DNA of 64,000 nt from Takakia lepidozioides (lineage: Eukaryota; Plantae; Bryophyta), in contig CM060733.1 of assembly GCA_030704615.1 (NCBI GenBank), forward strand, positions 46,934,001 through 46,998,000. Reading direction: 5' to 3'. The position numbers and the translations under genes are program-made. Below the pieces are notes generated by a model that worked only from the letters and a program-made list of their open reading frames with translations, had not been told where the DNA came from and searched no databases. Below, in pieces: positions 11,375 through 23,230 of this stretch (position 1 is the first letter of the stretch; each line of letters opens with the position of its first letter).

Positions 11375-13155
11375 TGTGTATCGTGACACGAAAGAGAGGG
11401 AGTTAGGTCAAGTAAACAATCAAGTGAAGCCGCAGACAGATCAGATCCCAGCGAGCCAAATCGGAGCGAGAAGGCATTGGAACTGAGAGTGGGACGTGGA
11501 ACTATTTATGCATGCATGTGGAGCGTGACTAACAGCTTCGCGAGAATCTTCCCTGTTTTGCAGATTACAGCTTCGCGAGGATCTTCGCTGTTTCGCAGAT
11601 TCAATGAACCTGCCCAAATATTATTCTATTGAGAACCCAGTGGTTTAGGGCTCAAATCCTGCCTCTGTTTTGCAACATTCGGATTTGTCTAACCCTGGAT
11701 CTTTTCACCACAATTAAAGAATGTCTGAGGAAGTTGTGAAAGTTTGTGCTTGAGATGAAGAAGAAGTATATTTAGAGTGACACTTCAACGACAGTTACAA
11801 CCAAACTTCTTGTTATATGTTTGTCCATATCTGCGTAAAGACCAGGCCAGGATTTCTTAGTCAGACAGGATGCCACCTTACGCAGAAGGTTCCTCCTCTC
11901 CTGGAGAGGAAGCACGTCATGTAAGGTTCCTGCTATGAGTCCTGCTCTTGTGAGTCAAGGAAATCTCAGCCATCAAACCCTTGCTGTTTCTTTATGCAGG
12001 GTGAGGCCCTGGGTTGGGTAGCATGTGAGCACAAGGGAATATTAAGATGCCTTGGAAAATATTCTATAGCGAGACGATAATTTGCGAAAGTATTTCAATT
12101 GTTCATGTAAGCACTAATCGCAACACAAAAAAACCAAGGCGTGACATACACATAGGCCCTGCGATCTATCCAGATAGAACATGAATTTATAATTTTACTA
12201 CATCTATATGATGTAAGATGTTTTATGCTTAAACTTACTTGCTAGTGTCATTTATAATTTATTTGAATTATTAATTACTACCTAAGATTTTGAAATGGAA
12301 GATGGAATATTTCCAATCTATCAGATTGCATAATGTTTGAATAGATGAAAACTTTTATGGAGTGACAGTTGGATTAGGCTAGTGGTGGATCAATTTCTGA
12401 TTGTGTCATACATTTGCAAATTATTTCTTGTACGTGTAGATTAGCTGTTTTATCATGCTGTGGGGAGTCTGGGGACAAACATAAATCATTAGTAAGACTA
12501 CAATTCATTAACAAATAAATCGTATAACAAAAATCTTCAGTCATGCATGAATTTGCTTTGTGTTGTCACTCGGCAAGGTACCATTTTAGTGTCCACATCA
12601 AAAAAAAAAAAAAACATAAGGACCTCCATCAAAATAAAAAATGGCTCTTCAATTTGCCAATTAAAAACATAATCCCATCTTAGAAGGAAGGCCGAACTGA
12701 AAGTAACTAGGGAAAAATTATGTTTGCATAATACGACATACCTGGAAATTTAACATTAAAAACGGGGCACAATTACTTTTTATACATGACACATGTTTAT
12801 ATTCACAAAGACAAACCAATTAGATTAAACTTAGTTGAAATGTTCATGTAACCATTAGAAATGGACCATCAATCAATAGCTCAGTTGGAGGGTGCATTGA
12901 GTGCCACTCAAAAGTCAGATGATAAGGGAGTGATAGGTTCTTCTCCCCCTTCCATCGGGCGGTGTCCCGTGTGAAAACCTGGTGGTGACTGTGAAAGAGA
13001 TTATTTTCTCCTCTCACTATAATTAAGGAGCCTGATTTGTGAGCTGTGGGTCCTAGCCTGGTGTTTCCCTTTCCTTTATTATTAAAAATAATTTGATTCA
13101 AAGCTTCCAATCATCACATTCCATCTTCAGAAGGCCTAAATATGTAACAATACAA

Positions 13156-13230
13156 GTGTCCACCTTTCAGCTGGAAGGCAGTAGCCCTTGTGGTGAAGTG
13201 ACACCATACTCCCTTCCGGAGGCATCATAT
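13156..13230 (+). mobile_element. 75-bp 5'-truncated retrocopy of a LINE/SINE 3' tail
   Basis: Flanked by a perfect 16-bp direct repeat ATATGTAACAATACAA (13140-13155 and 13231-13246). The insert matches 32949-33002 and 19447-19495. Confidence 0.75.
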
Positions 13231-13468
13231 ATATGTAACAATACAATCAATATCATAAAAATTCAGATTAGGTCCCTTAGTCCATACCAACTGAAAATTA
13301 CCGTACATCATTAAACTCGTTACATAGCACATTTTCACTCAATTTTGTGTTGGGTAAGTAGTGGCTAGCAACCCTAGTAAGCCTTTATATCCAAATGACA
13401 CTTCAACCTAAAAACACAATCATCAAAAAGATACATAATGAAGTTGAAAAGTAATAAAATAGAACATA

Positions 13469-13564
13469 TTCGCTTCAACACTTCAATCATTGCGACACTC
13501 ATTTGTAGCACTTATACATATTCCCTTCAACACTTCAATCAATGCAACACTCATTTGTAGCACT
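13469..13564. repeat. Tandem duplication, about 52-bp period
   Basis: TTC(G/C)CTTCAACACTTCAATCA(T/A)TGC(G/A)ACACTCATTTGTAGCACT occurs twice (from 13469 and 13521). Confidence 0.85.
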
Positions 13565-13876
13565 AAGTTATACAATATCACTCATACGGAGCACTGATAA
13601 TGGCACTTAGGCCAATGTTGTTAAAACCATATTGTCGTTAAAATTAGTTACGTGTTGGAATTGAAACCTTTATATTATCCAAACGACACAACATATATCA
13701 AATACTTCAAAATAAAATTCAATTCCAGAATTTATTCACAACATTTATTTGTCAAGGTCTCTCTCGAATCTTTACCCAAAAAAAAACTTATTTATTAATA
13801 CTGACAAGGTCAAAACGTCAAAACATTAGAGAAAAGAAATTAAGAAATTATGGGACGACCTCCACTTGATAGTTCA

Positions 13877-15360
13877 TACATATATATATATAACCCTGCA
13901 TAGCTTTATAAAAAGACCCAAGTGGGGTGACTGTAAATATGGGTGTAATTGTCCCCAAGTGGAAACAACCAAAGCTTGTAGAGCTAGATATATTAACACA
14001 AAGAAAGAAATCAAGCTATTCTAGTATCACCCAGAGCCTGAAGAAGGTCAGACAACAGGAAAGAGGGTGGATCAGAGAGTGCGGGGAGGCGAGATGAAGC
14101 CGCCCCAGCAACCTCTGCCCGACGTAAAATGGATTGAGCTTGAGCCTTTTGCAAAACAATAGAAACTCGTTGTCTAAAGAAAGCTACAAGAATAGAGGCG
14201 TATGGGCTTCCAAGGCTTTTGTTTTCTGCTGCACGATGGGCACATGTGCGAAGGAACTCGTTGAACTGATGATGCAAACAACCAAAGATCTCGATTGCCA
14301 TGATTTGTCTGATAGTCATGCTCATTTCCTTGCGCAGCTACTGAAGCGACAACTCCCTATAATGAGGCTGTGCGGGGTAGGAGATCCGACCTAGTAGGAT
14401 CAGCGATGACAACGTCCGCCAATGTACGCAGTCCGTCCTGTGAGAGAACAATGTCAACCCGACGTCGAGTGGAATGGTGATTGTGGGTCGATGGGAGTGT
14501 GCACATGCTCTCGAATGACATGTATTTCAGCATCACGAGCAACCGTAGCTGCTGCATCCCGGACAACGTCATGGGTCGTAATGCGTTCTCCACCGCAGGG
14601 GCAACGAAGAAGATGGACGTCGAGTGGATCGAGAAGATGACGACAAACACACTGTTGTAGTCCTAACACAGAGGGATGCGGAAGACCCAGTCGAACTCGT
14701 AGTGAGGTGATAAATACAGCAGGATATACGGAAGGGTGCAATGGTTGGTCGTACTGTGAGCCACGCGCCTGCTCCGGGCCCTGCGCACGAGAGAAGTCTG
14801 GCCCGATGTGCATCTGAAAGAGCGTCGGAAAGCATGCTGGCAAATGAGTGTCGGTGCACGCGTTCCATGATGGTATCCTGTAAATGTTCCAGACCTTGAG
14901 TGACCAACTGTTCAAAGGGTGGCAGACAAGCCCGTGCTGGTGTTGGGATGAGATCACGCGCTGAACGAAGATGTTGCTGGAAGGACAAAGAGCCATCGTC
15001 GATGTGGGCAACCACCTCCATGAGAAAAGGGCGTTGCTGACACAGAAACCGAGATGCCAAGGCTGGAGCGACTAAAGCCCAACTACCTAGGAAGGCAGCA
15101 GGGGCAGTGACGACTGTGGATAGTAAACCCACTCCTCCAGAAGAGATCGGGAGGGTAGCCTGATGACATGCCAAGGGCCCCTGCTCACTATCAAATGCAC
15201 ATGGGCCTAATAGACGACCAAAAATCCCCCCAACAGTCGTATCAAAAGAAGACAGAAGCCCACAAACTGGGGAGTAGGGGGGAAACAACGCAAAAGATAA
15301 GAAGGTCGTTGTAAAAAACATTTAGTGAGAATGCCATGGGTTACCTGCATATCATGGTAG
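13877..15360 (-). mobile_element. CRE-type non-LTR retrotransposon, decayed 3' fragment (RT thumb, CCHC zinc knuckle, restriction-like endonuclease)
   Basis: Frameshifted translation: DMQVTHGILTKCFLQRPSYLLR, QATLPISSGGVGL..APAAFLGSW, ARLLSCAGPGAGAWL, LRVRLGLPHP..CVCRH..HLLRC..THDVVRD, RRVDIV..LADVVIADP and the CRE-typical C-terminus FRQRVSIVLQKAQA. Stop at 14011 and a (TA)n tail near 13880. Confidence 0.85.
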
Positions 15361-15432
15361 CCGAGAACAATGGAGCCTGGCACACAGATGTGGCCGCTCC
15401 CAGCAGCACACTAGCTGCCGTAGTGTCAGGCT

Positions 15433-16257
15433 TTGTGTGACCAGGCCTTGATAGACCACCGCACCACTTCTCGGGATCATCCTGAGGCCAATGGCTTGGC
15501 AGAGAGAGTTGTTCAGACGGTGAAGAGGGGTTTGCGCAAGTATGGCTTGCAGAAGGGACATCTAGGAGATTGGGATCTTCAGGTTCCTTGGTTAGCCATG
15601 GGCTACAGGTTCAGCAAACAAGCCTCACTTGCCTTCTTCTCACCATATTTCCTTTTCTTTGGCCGAGAGCCGGATTTGCCTGTAGCCATTCGTAGGGACA
15701 CTGCTCAAGTCCTTAACCTTGACGATCCGGACGTGTGGGTACGTGCATGTGATCAGCGTGCAGAGTTGTTCAAGAAAGTCATGCCCATGGCTTTTGAGAC
15801 CCTTGCCATTGCACAGCACCGTGATACGTTGAGGTATGCCACTATACGTGGTGGAGGATATCGTCATGGGGTTCGGAGGTTTAGCCCTGGTGACTATATT
15901 TATTTGCAGCAGACTGTTCCTACGACTCTGGATGTTACTGCAGGGCGTGTTATTCTGAGGGGTCGAGAGGTGTTGCCCTCAGGGGTCCTGATCTTGGAGG
16001 GTCGGGATGGCATGACTTGGAAGGACCATGTGCGTAATTGTGCGCCATGTCACCTTCCCAATGTCGATGGCAGAGTTGACCCAAACTTGGCAGTGGTACC
16101 TGCAGGTTTGAGGTGCATGCTCTGTGGGTCTGCCAAAGGGGCAGCCACCATGCTGGTGTGTGATCGATGCTCAAGGGGTTGGCATATGGGATGCTTGACA
16201 CCACCTCTTGAGAAGGTTCCTGACGGAGATTGGTTGTGTCCACATTGCTTGGCATAG
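15433..16257 (+). mobile_element. Ty3/gypsy LTR retrotransposon pol 3' fragment: integrase C-terminal half fused to a PHD finger
   Basis: Uninterrupted 274-codon frame. IDHRTTSRDHPEANGLAER carries the catalytic Glu, followed by WDLQVPWLAMGYR, SPYFLFFGREP, FSPGDYIYL and CMLC..MLVCDRCSRGWHMGCLTPPLEKVPDGDWLCPHC (C4-H-C3 PHD). Confidence 0.9.
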
Positions 16258-16517
16258 TGGCAGTGGACATGACTGGAGGCAGCTAACAAGACATGGGAGG
16301 CCAAGCTCATAGGAGTCAATACATGAGATCCCAAACTCAAGTTCACAGGTTGCAAGACGGCGATTAACGATGGGGCAACTCTTGCACCCGGCCTCTTGAT
16401 CTATCGAGTTTGAGTGTAGTAGGGATAGTGGTGGAGGACTTAGTGAGGCTATGGTCACTATCACATCTTGTGGCTACCTGGACTTAGAGGGACCTAAGCA
16501 CCAGCCAGGGGGGCGAT

Positions 16518-16968
16518 TGTGTGGACTAGTGACTGCCATAGTGGGCAGCATAGTGGCAGCCTAGTGGTTGGACTAGTGGTATACTAGTGTGTGGTGTGCA
16601 CATGTGTTGTGTGGTTTTGGACAACAATGTAGTTGTGTAGCGATATGTATGCGCACGACAGCTGTCAAGTTATTTTACCACTAGTGTGAAACTAGCTAGG
16701 AAATAGACTTGTATTTGAGTGATGAGGTTATATATGCATGAGTTTATGCTTCAGCTTGTGAGCTTGTGCTTGTATGTCTTCTTCTTTCTTCTTTCTTTAT
16801 CATTGTGTGGACTAGTGACTGCCATAGTGGGCAGCATAGTGGCAGCCTAGTGACTGACTAGTTGTAGTCTAGTGGTTGGACTAGTGGTATACTAGTGTGT
16901 GGTGTGCACATGTGTTGTGTGGTTTTGAACAGCAATGTAGTTGTGTAGCGATATGTATGCGCACGACA
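16518..16968 (+). repeat. 3' LTR region of the gypsy element, A-B-A' structure
   Basis: Polypurine tract AGGGGGG at 16507-16513, then TGTGTGGACTAG...GCACGACA at 16518-16660 (143 bp). This unit recurs at 16804-16968 (165 bp, 22-bp indel). Both copies have TG...CA ends. Confidence 0.8.
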
Positions 16969-17859
16969 TATTGAACATTTTCAACATTGTATTATATACA
17001 AATTTCGACATAAGTTAGAAGGTGAGAAATGAAATGAAAATGTGATAGTGAAAAGGAGTGTGCTGAAACTAACAATGTGATAGTGAATGACACAGTAAAA
17101 ATCAACATGAAGACAATGTGAAAAGTGATGGAAAAAAGAAAGACATATGAAAAACAACATGAACACAATGAAAAAAGTGACAATGTGAAAGTAACACTCC
17201 TGAAAACGCATCTTCAAAATAACATGCAAGGTTCAAAATTTAGAATTTGTCAATATGTTATGGAGAAGACACTGTATAATGTTATTGCGCGTTTACTTAC
17301 CAGATATCAACTCAATGACATGTGTGTTCTTGGGAAAGAAGGCAAAACCCAAAAAATTATCCCCCAGATTCCACATGCAAAACAACCCATCTCATTTTTT
17401 GGGAATTTAGTTTCTTTTGTGAAGGTGATAGTCCCTTAGGCATCATATAATTAGATTTTGGAGGTGTCATTCGGCTAGAAAAGTTCATCTACATGCTTGA
17501 ATGTTGTGGTCAAACCAATTTTTCTATGTAATTTTGGAAGACATTTACAATTAATTTAAGCATATTATTTTGTTATAATTGAGCCAAAATGCAATGATCA
17601 ATTTTGCGTGCACTTCTCATATGATTGACATATACATCAATATAAGGTTCATCTGTATGGATGAGTGGGGCTTTAAAATTATACCCTTCTGCATGACGCA
17701 CGACGATATGCACTATTGTTTAGTGGCCTACCGAAAGGGTGTCAGTCGTTGAAGGGTTAAAACATGATCCACATCAACAAGAAAGTTGTATATGTGATTG
17801 CGCAGCGAGCAACGTAATAGGCTAATACTCCAATGTAAATTGATGTGAGATCAGTCACC

Positions 17860-19540
17860 TAAACCAAATAGCCCCGACTCATCCCTGCCCCCTCCCTTCA
17901 CTCAATACCCTAGTTGGGGCACCTCCGGTTCACCTTGGCCCTACCTCCCCTAAGTACCCCCCAGCACATGCACACTACACGGATGGCTCCCACTCTGGTT
18001 CCCACGCCGGATATGGTGTCTATCACGCAGGCACTGACAAAGGGACTGCCCACCGACTCCCAGGCCCTGCAACAATACTACGTGCTGAACTTATGGCCAT
18101 TTACGAAGCGCTCTCCCAACTAAACGCGTTCCCCCCACCATACTACAATATTTTCACAGATAGCTTGACTCCACTCTTTCTCTTGAGCATGCCCTTTCTC
18201 CCACCATCACCACCCGGACCGTAACCTTATCTCAACAATTATCACCCTCGCAATCTCAATCAACAAACCCATTCAATTCCATAAAGTACGTTCACATACC
18301 GGTATCAACGGCAACGAGGAGGTTGACCTCCTTGCCCAACTAGGGGCCTCCAAACCACCAGTGGAACCCTCCGCGGATCTCATCCACATCGCGCACACGC
18401 ACCCTTTTTGGTTTATACATCCGATCCCAAGCCCTCCTGACCCCAAACCTATACGTAACCTCCGTTCTACACTATCTAAAGAAGCCAACAAACAAGTCAG
18501 TGCATCTCTCAGCCACACCAAACAACATATCCAAAAATGGACACACTCCAGAGTACTCCACCACAAATTGTCCAACCACTTATGACACACTAAAGCCACA
18601 TCTGATGCACAAATTCAACAAACGCTTAAGTTTAGATTTGCCCAATATATGGGACACCAACATAAACATACATTTTGGCCAACCATTTTTACATCCCCAC
18701 ACTGCCCCATCTGCTCCCACATACGAGAGGTACGGGACACTTGGCCCTATATTCTTAGCAAATGCCCCCACCTAGTCATACATGGCCTTCGCATTGCCAG
18801 ACATAATCAAGCCGTATGACACATCCACAAACTATTACAAAGACACAAATAAACTAGATGGTTCTCACTCATCAATGCAGGCACTTACCAAGGCAGACCC
18901 CCCGACCATACAGTACCAACCTGGCTATTACCATGTACCTGTCCACCCCACGCCGCATAACATACATGTCCCGCAAGACTCTGCCCGGACATTCTTCTTG
19001 TCTCGGGACTCCCCATAAACGTCCCCCCACCTGTTACTCCCTCCTCATCACTCCGTATACACTTTATCGAATTTACGTATTGCTACGACCGTTTCCCGAG
19101 CTCCTCCATCCTTGAAAAACGTCAGAAATATGTCCCGCTCATTCTAGCTATTCGCCGGCAAGGATGGGCCGCCGGCCCACTCTCTGTCATCACCGCTTGG
19201 ACCAGAAGAGGCATACATAACGACAGCATATCGACACTCAAAGACAATTTTAATCTCCCCATCATCTTCATTCATAAAAGCTTTAAGGACATCCACCTCA
19301 CGGCACTCCGATCCCTTATCGCTATCATTACTAATAAGCGAAAACTTGAATCCAACCCATCTTTGGTACCCCAAGGTACCCTAAGGTACCCCTGGTACTG
19401 CGTATCCTCGGTTACTCGGTGTCCCCAGGGCACCTGTTTTCTTTTTAGGGCCCACCCCCGAAAGGGGGCAGTAGTCGATAGGCGAAGTCACTCTTAGTTA
19501 CAGCGCTTTCGGTCGGAATCTTCTCTCTGTTAACTACAAT
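17860..19540 (+). mobile_element. Non-LTR retrotransposon 3' fragment with RNase H, zinc knuckle and restriction-like endonuclease (Dualen/RandI-like), decayed
   Basis: RNase H motifs HYTDGS (near 17973), TILRAELMAI, IFTDS and KVRSHTGINGNEEVD. These are followed by HCPIC..DTWPYILSKC, ARHNQAV, CPDILLV (near 18982), HFIEFTYCYDRF and a terminal NKRKLE. Several stops and frameshifts; structured 3' UTR. Confidence 0.8.
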
Positions 19541-20129
19541 CACAAATGAGTTTTCCATGTGCTTTTTTATAGTAAATATTGTGATCAACAAAGTTAATTT
19601 AAAATTCCTTATTGTATAAAATATGTATTTAAAAAAATGCATACAACCATATGTATTATGATGTACCCCCTATAACATTTTAATACAAGCCTGACAACAT
19701 TTTTGACAACAACGACACATCAGTCATATAAACTCTACATATACGTGATCTTCAATGAGATTCACGTCTTTATTGGCTCATACATATGTCAAACTGTGCA
19801 TTGAGATATGTGCAAGTTTTTTATGTTAGAGATTATTCTTCTGAAGAGTTGAACTACAGTATGCAATAAAAACTGGACAACTCCAACCAACTTACATAGC
19901 TTAAAATTTTCTTCAGCTTGTTGACTAATTAACAATAGATTCATTGTCAGTTTTGGAGCACATAGGGTATCTTCAATCCCTTCAAAATGCTGATCGAAAC
20001 ACAACAACACATTTTCCATGAACATCAAGGCACGCAAACCATTGTTTCCAAGATATATTTTATGACCCAAGGAGAATCTTTTGAACATTTTGAATATTTC
20101 ATTCCACTATTCAGTATAACTGAGCACCG

Positions 20130-20460
20130 TTTGTTTTTTGCTTTTTGTTTTTTTAAGAAAGGAGCGGAGCCCTGTTCATCAAATTAAAGGACGAGGAAAA
20201 AATAACCTCTGAGGGGCCATAAGGCAATACAATCAGGGGAACCTCCCAGAGAAGCAAGATGCAACCAGTCATGGTTCACTGAAGAAATAATTGAGAAGAA
20301 CTAGACCACAGAAAAAAACAGTCAGTGCATAAATCTAAGAACTTAAGATTTGCCATCTATGAATCTTGGCCAAAGGCGAACCTGCGAAGCTAAAAGGGAC
20401 AAGAAACCAAAGAAAAGAGAAAGATGAGGGGACAGACAAAAAGCGGAGAGAGCCGTTTTA
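20130..20460 (-). repeat. Retroposon 3'-end remnant (GGACGGAGCCC family), copy 2
   Basis: T-rich run followed by AAAGGAGCGGAGCCCTGTTCATCAAA...AAAAATAACC, similar to 5400-5467 and 24560-24606. The right boundary is approximate. Confidence 0.45.
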
Positions 20461-20600
20461 CCTTTTGGCAACTACCATTTTCTAATGTGGGCCTAATGAG
20501 CCATAATGCATCTTTGCAACTTGTGTAGGGTGAGGCCCGAGGATAGGGGCCTTCCTATGAGAGGCCCGGCTGAGAGGGATGCAAACACGACTGCTCACGA

Positions 20601-21271
20601 GAGCACAACCCACGGTCATGGGGGTTTTATGTTTTTAAACCTCAGTCACAGGACTGAGGTTGGGTAGCGCGTGAGCACAAGGGCATACTCCCCGAATTTC
20701 TGCAAAATTTCCAAGAAATTTCCACAGCAAAATGAAATTGGCGAAACTAATAATTATGCGAAAGTAATACATAAAGAACAAGTAGCCACTATACCTGATG
20801 AACATGTTATCCTATAGGCGTGGCTTTCCTCAATGCGAAACCCACCGCTGCTTAGGTTTGTGCCCATATCACAAATCATTTGTCAGTGCGAAATTCACCT
20901 AAGCTATCATTTGTCAGTGCGAAATTCACCTAAACTATCATTTCTCACTGCAAAATTCAGTTTGTGCCCATAACACATATAATTTCTCTTTGCAAAATTC
21001 ACCTAAACAAATAATAAGGTGGTGGTGGTGGTGGTGGTGGTGACTGAGTAGCAGCACATTCTCTATAATTCCTCATTATGAAATTCAGCGCCGCCGCTAT
21101 AGGTCTAGGGTTTCTGGCTACACTACTAAAGGTTTCGCCTCATTGAATTGGCGCAGAGTACAAATGCACCAAAAACTATACCCGCTTATGGTTTTATTCC
21201 GTTTTGAAAATATATAACTCCTATGACTGAGGTTAAAAAACATAAAACTCCCATGACTGTGGGTTGTGCTC
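20601..21271. repeat. 53-bp inverted repeat pair enclosing short tandem repeats and a (GGT)n tract
   Basis: 20601-20653 matches the reverse complement of 21219-21271 at 49 of 53 positions. Inside are a 31-bp tandem unit (TGTCAGTGCGAAATTCACCTAA..., near 20880-20945) and (GGT)8 at 21018-21041. Confidence 0.8.
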
Positions 21272-22992
21272 ACAGGATACCAACCCCCACACGACTTATA
21301 TGTTTTCAAAACGAAGAAAAATCATTAGTGGATATAGAGACATGGTGCATCTATAGGGCACAGCTGCACCAATACGATAAACTACCAGATAAACTACTGC
21401 ATCTATACATTTATAAACATTCAATACACTCCAAATAATCACTTGCAAACCAAAACATATTATATACTAAGAGTATCATTTTAATATTAAACTATTGTTT
21501 GTGGTTCACCTCTAAACGAAAAGCAAAAGACACCATATATAAACCCTAATTCGACGAGAATTTCACAAGGCGAAACCTTGAGTAATGATAGTCAGCAACC
21601 CTAAACCTATAGCAGTAGTAGCATCGGGTTTCGCACTGAGAAGCCTTTGGTGATATAGCCACAAGCTTGCGCAACGGCAGGTTTCACATTGAGAAACCCT
21701 TAGTGATATAGCTTGAATACCAAATCCCAACACGCACCGAACAACTTTCCCACATTTGTCATTTAAAATCCACACCTATAGGATAACAAGTTTATCATGT
21801 ATAGGGGTTATTTGTTGGCCTTGCCTTTAGTAGGGACTACGGATTCACTTGCATCCAAGTATCTAAAGACCTTATATCTTGAGTGGGTCCCACCTGGGCA
21901 CAAGTTTGTTGTACTCTTTATGTTCTTTATGTGTTCCATTTATGGATGAATGTGGATACTATGAGATGAACTTTGTAAATGAAATCTCCAATGGATCCCG
22001 CATTAATTATGGATGGATGTAAATCCATGGATTAGGTGACAATTTACATTAATTTCAAACGTGTGGTGCGTCCTAAGGCGTAGGATGAATTTGATCAACA
22101 CCGTTGGTCAGAATTGATTGATGAATGGAATTAAGCATCATGGATGAAATCTGGTTCATAGTTGTGGAAGACTGCCATGGATGGTGTAGGGTTTTCCGCG
22201 ATGCAAAATTGGGTCTGAGCCCTGCATGGCTTAACGTGAATGGACAATGGCAGCGGGGGCTCGTCAATTGAAGGAGAAAAGCAAGTGGTGAATCTAGGAT
22301 TTCATGATTAGCATCGTGTGTATGGAGCAAGTATGGAGGCAAGAGGGGAGGTAGCTTAGCCTCGTGCGTATAAGGAGGCAAGAGTGGAGCAGTGCATCTC
22401 TCGTAAAGCTTAGGTATATGTTCGCACTGAGCTGATTGGATTCCAACTTTAGTTCTACAAGAGAGGAACAATTAATTCCTAATGGTGCCTGTGATCTTGT
22501 TGCTATGAAGGTAAAGTTCTGTTACATTTTGCAATCATCTGTTAATGCTGTGAATATTGTCTAGATGTATCGATGACATATCATATGATAACCGTGTACG
22601 ATGACTGTCTCTCATCCCCTGTGAGTACCACCTTGCCCCATCCCTGGGATACAGGTGAAATTGAGATGCTCTGTGAGGCAATATTGGAGATAATTACGTG
22701 CAAAATATGATGGCTATTTGACGAGAAGGACAGTATGGGATAATTGGTTTTCAGGTGCCTATCAGAAAAAATGGGTCTAAGTGCAAAATTGTGAGTTTTA
22801 TGGGCGATTCTAGTTCTATGAAACCGTCTTTGAACTGCAGTCTGGATCGTTGTTCCTCAATGTTGGATTATGCTGCAGGTATTGCTAGCTTAAGCACCAA
22901 AACAACCAGGAATGTAGATAGTTTAATTATGGGGAATTTTGAGCGCTGCATGAAATGGGCAAATACCACCTCGGAAGTGGTTGTGTAAGAGG

Positions 22993-23218
22993 GGGGTGGG
23001 GAAGATTTAATAGGATCCCCGCCGGAGGAGCGCAGGCTGTCGGAATCCGGCGAAAGTACCGTCAAGTACCCATTAAGTTCCTACACTATTCCTATTGTCT
23101 TCCGAAAACAATATGAATAATGTAGGAACTTAAAGCTGCCATCTCTGACGGTGCTCTCGCCAGATTCAAGCAGCGGCTGCTCCTCCAGTGAGCTCCCTGT
23201 CAAATCCTTTCCATCCCC
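22993..23218. repeat. Long fold-back (MITE-like) element
   Basis: Central near-perfect hairpin at 23073-23133 (TTAAGTTCCTACA...TGTAGGAACTTAA). The outer arms 22993-23064 and 23146-23218 are imperfect reverse complements. A decayed relative lies near 23985-24110. Confidence 0.8.
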
Positions 23219-23230
23219 ACTTACTGGTAA

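Noticed and set aside
19447-19515. Possible hammerhead, twister or HDV-like ribozyme in the LINE 3' UTR
   Set aside because: No CUGANGA/GAAA core or other catalytic consensus on either strand; kept only as a structured tail motif.
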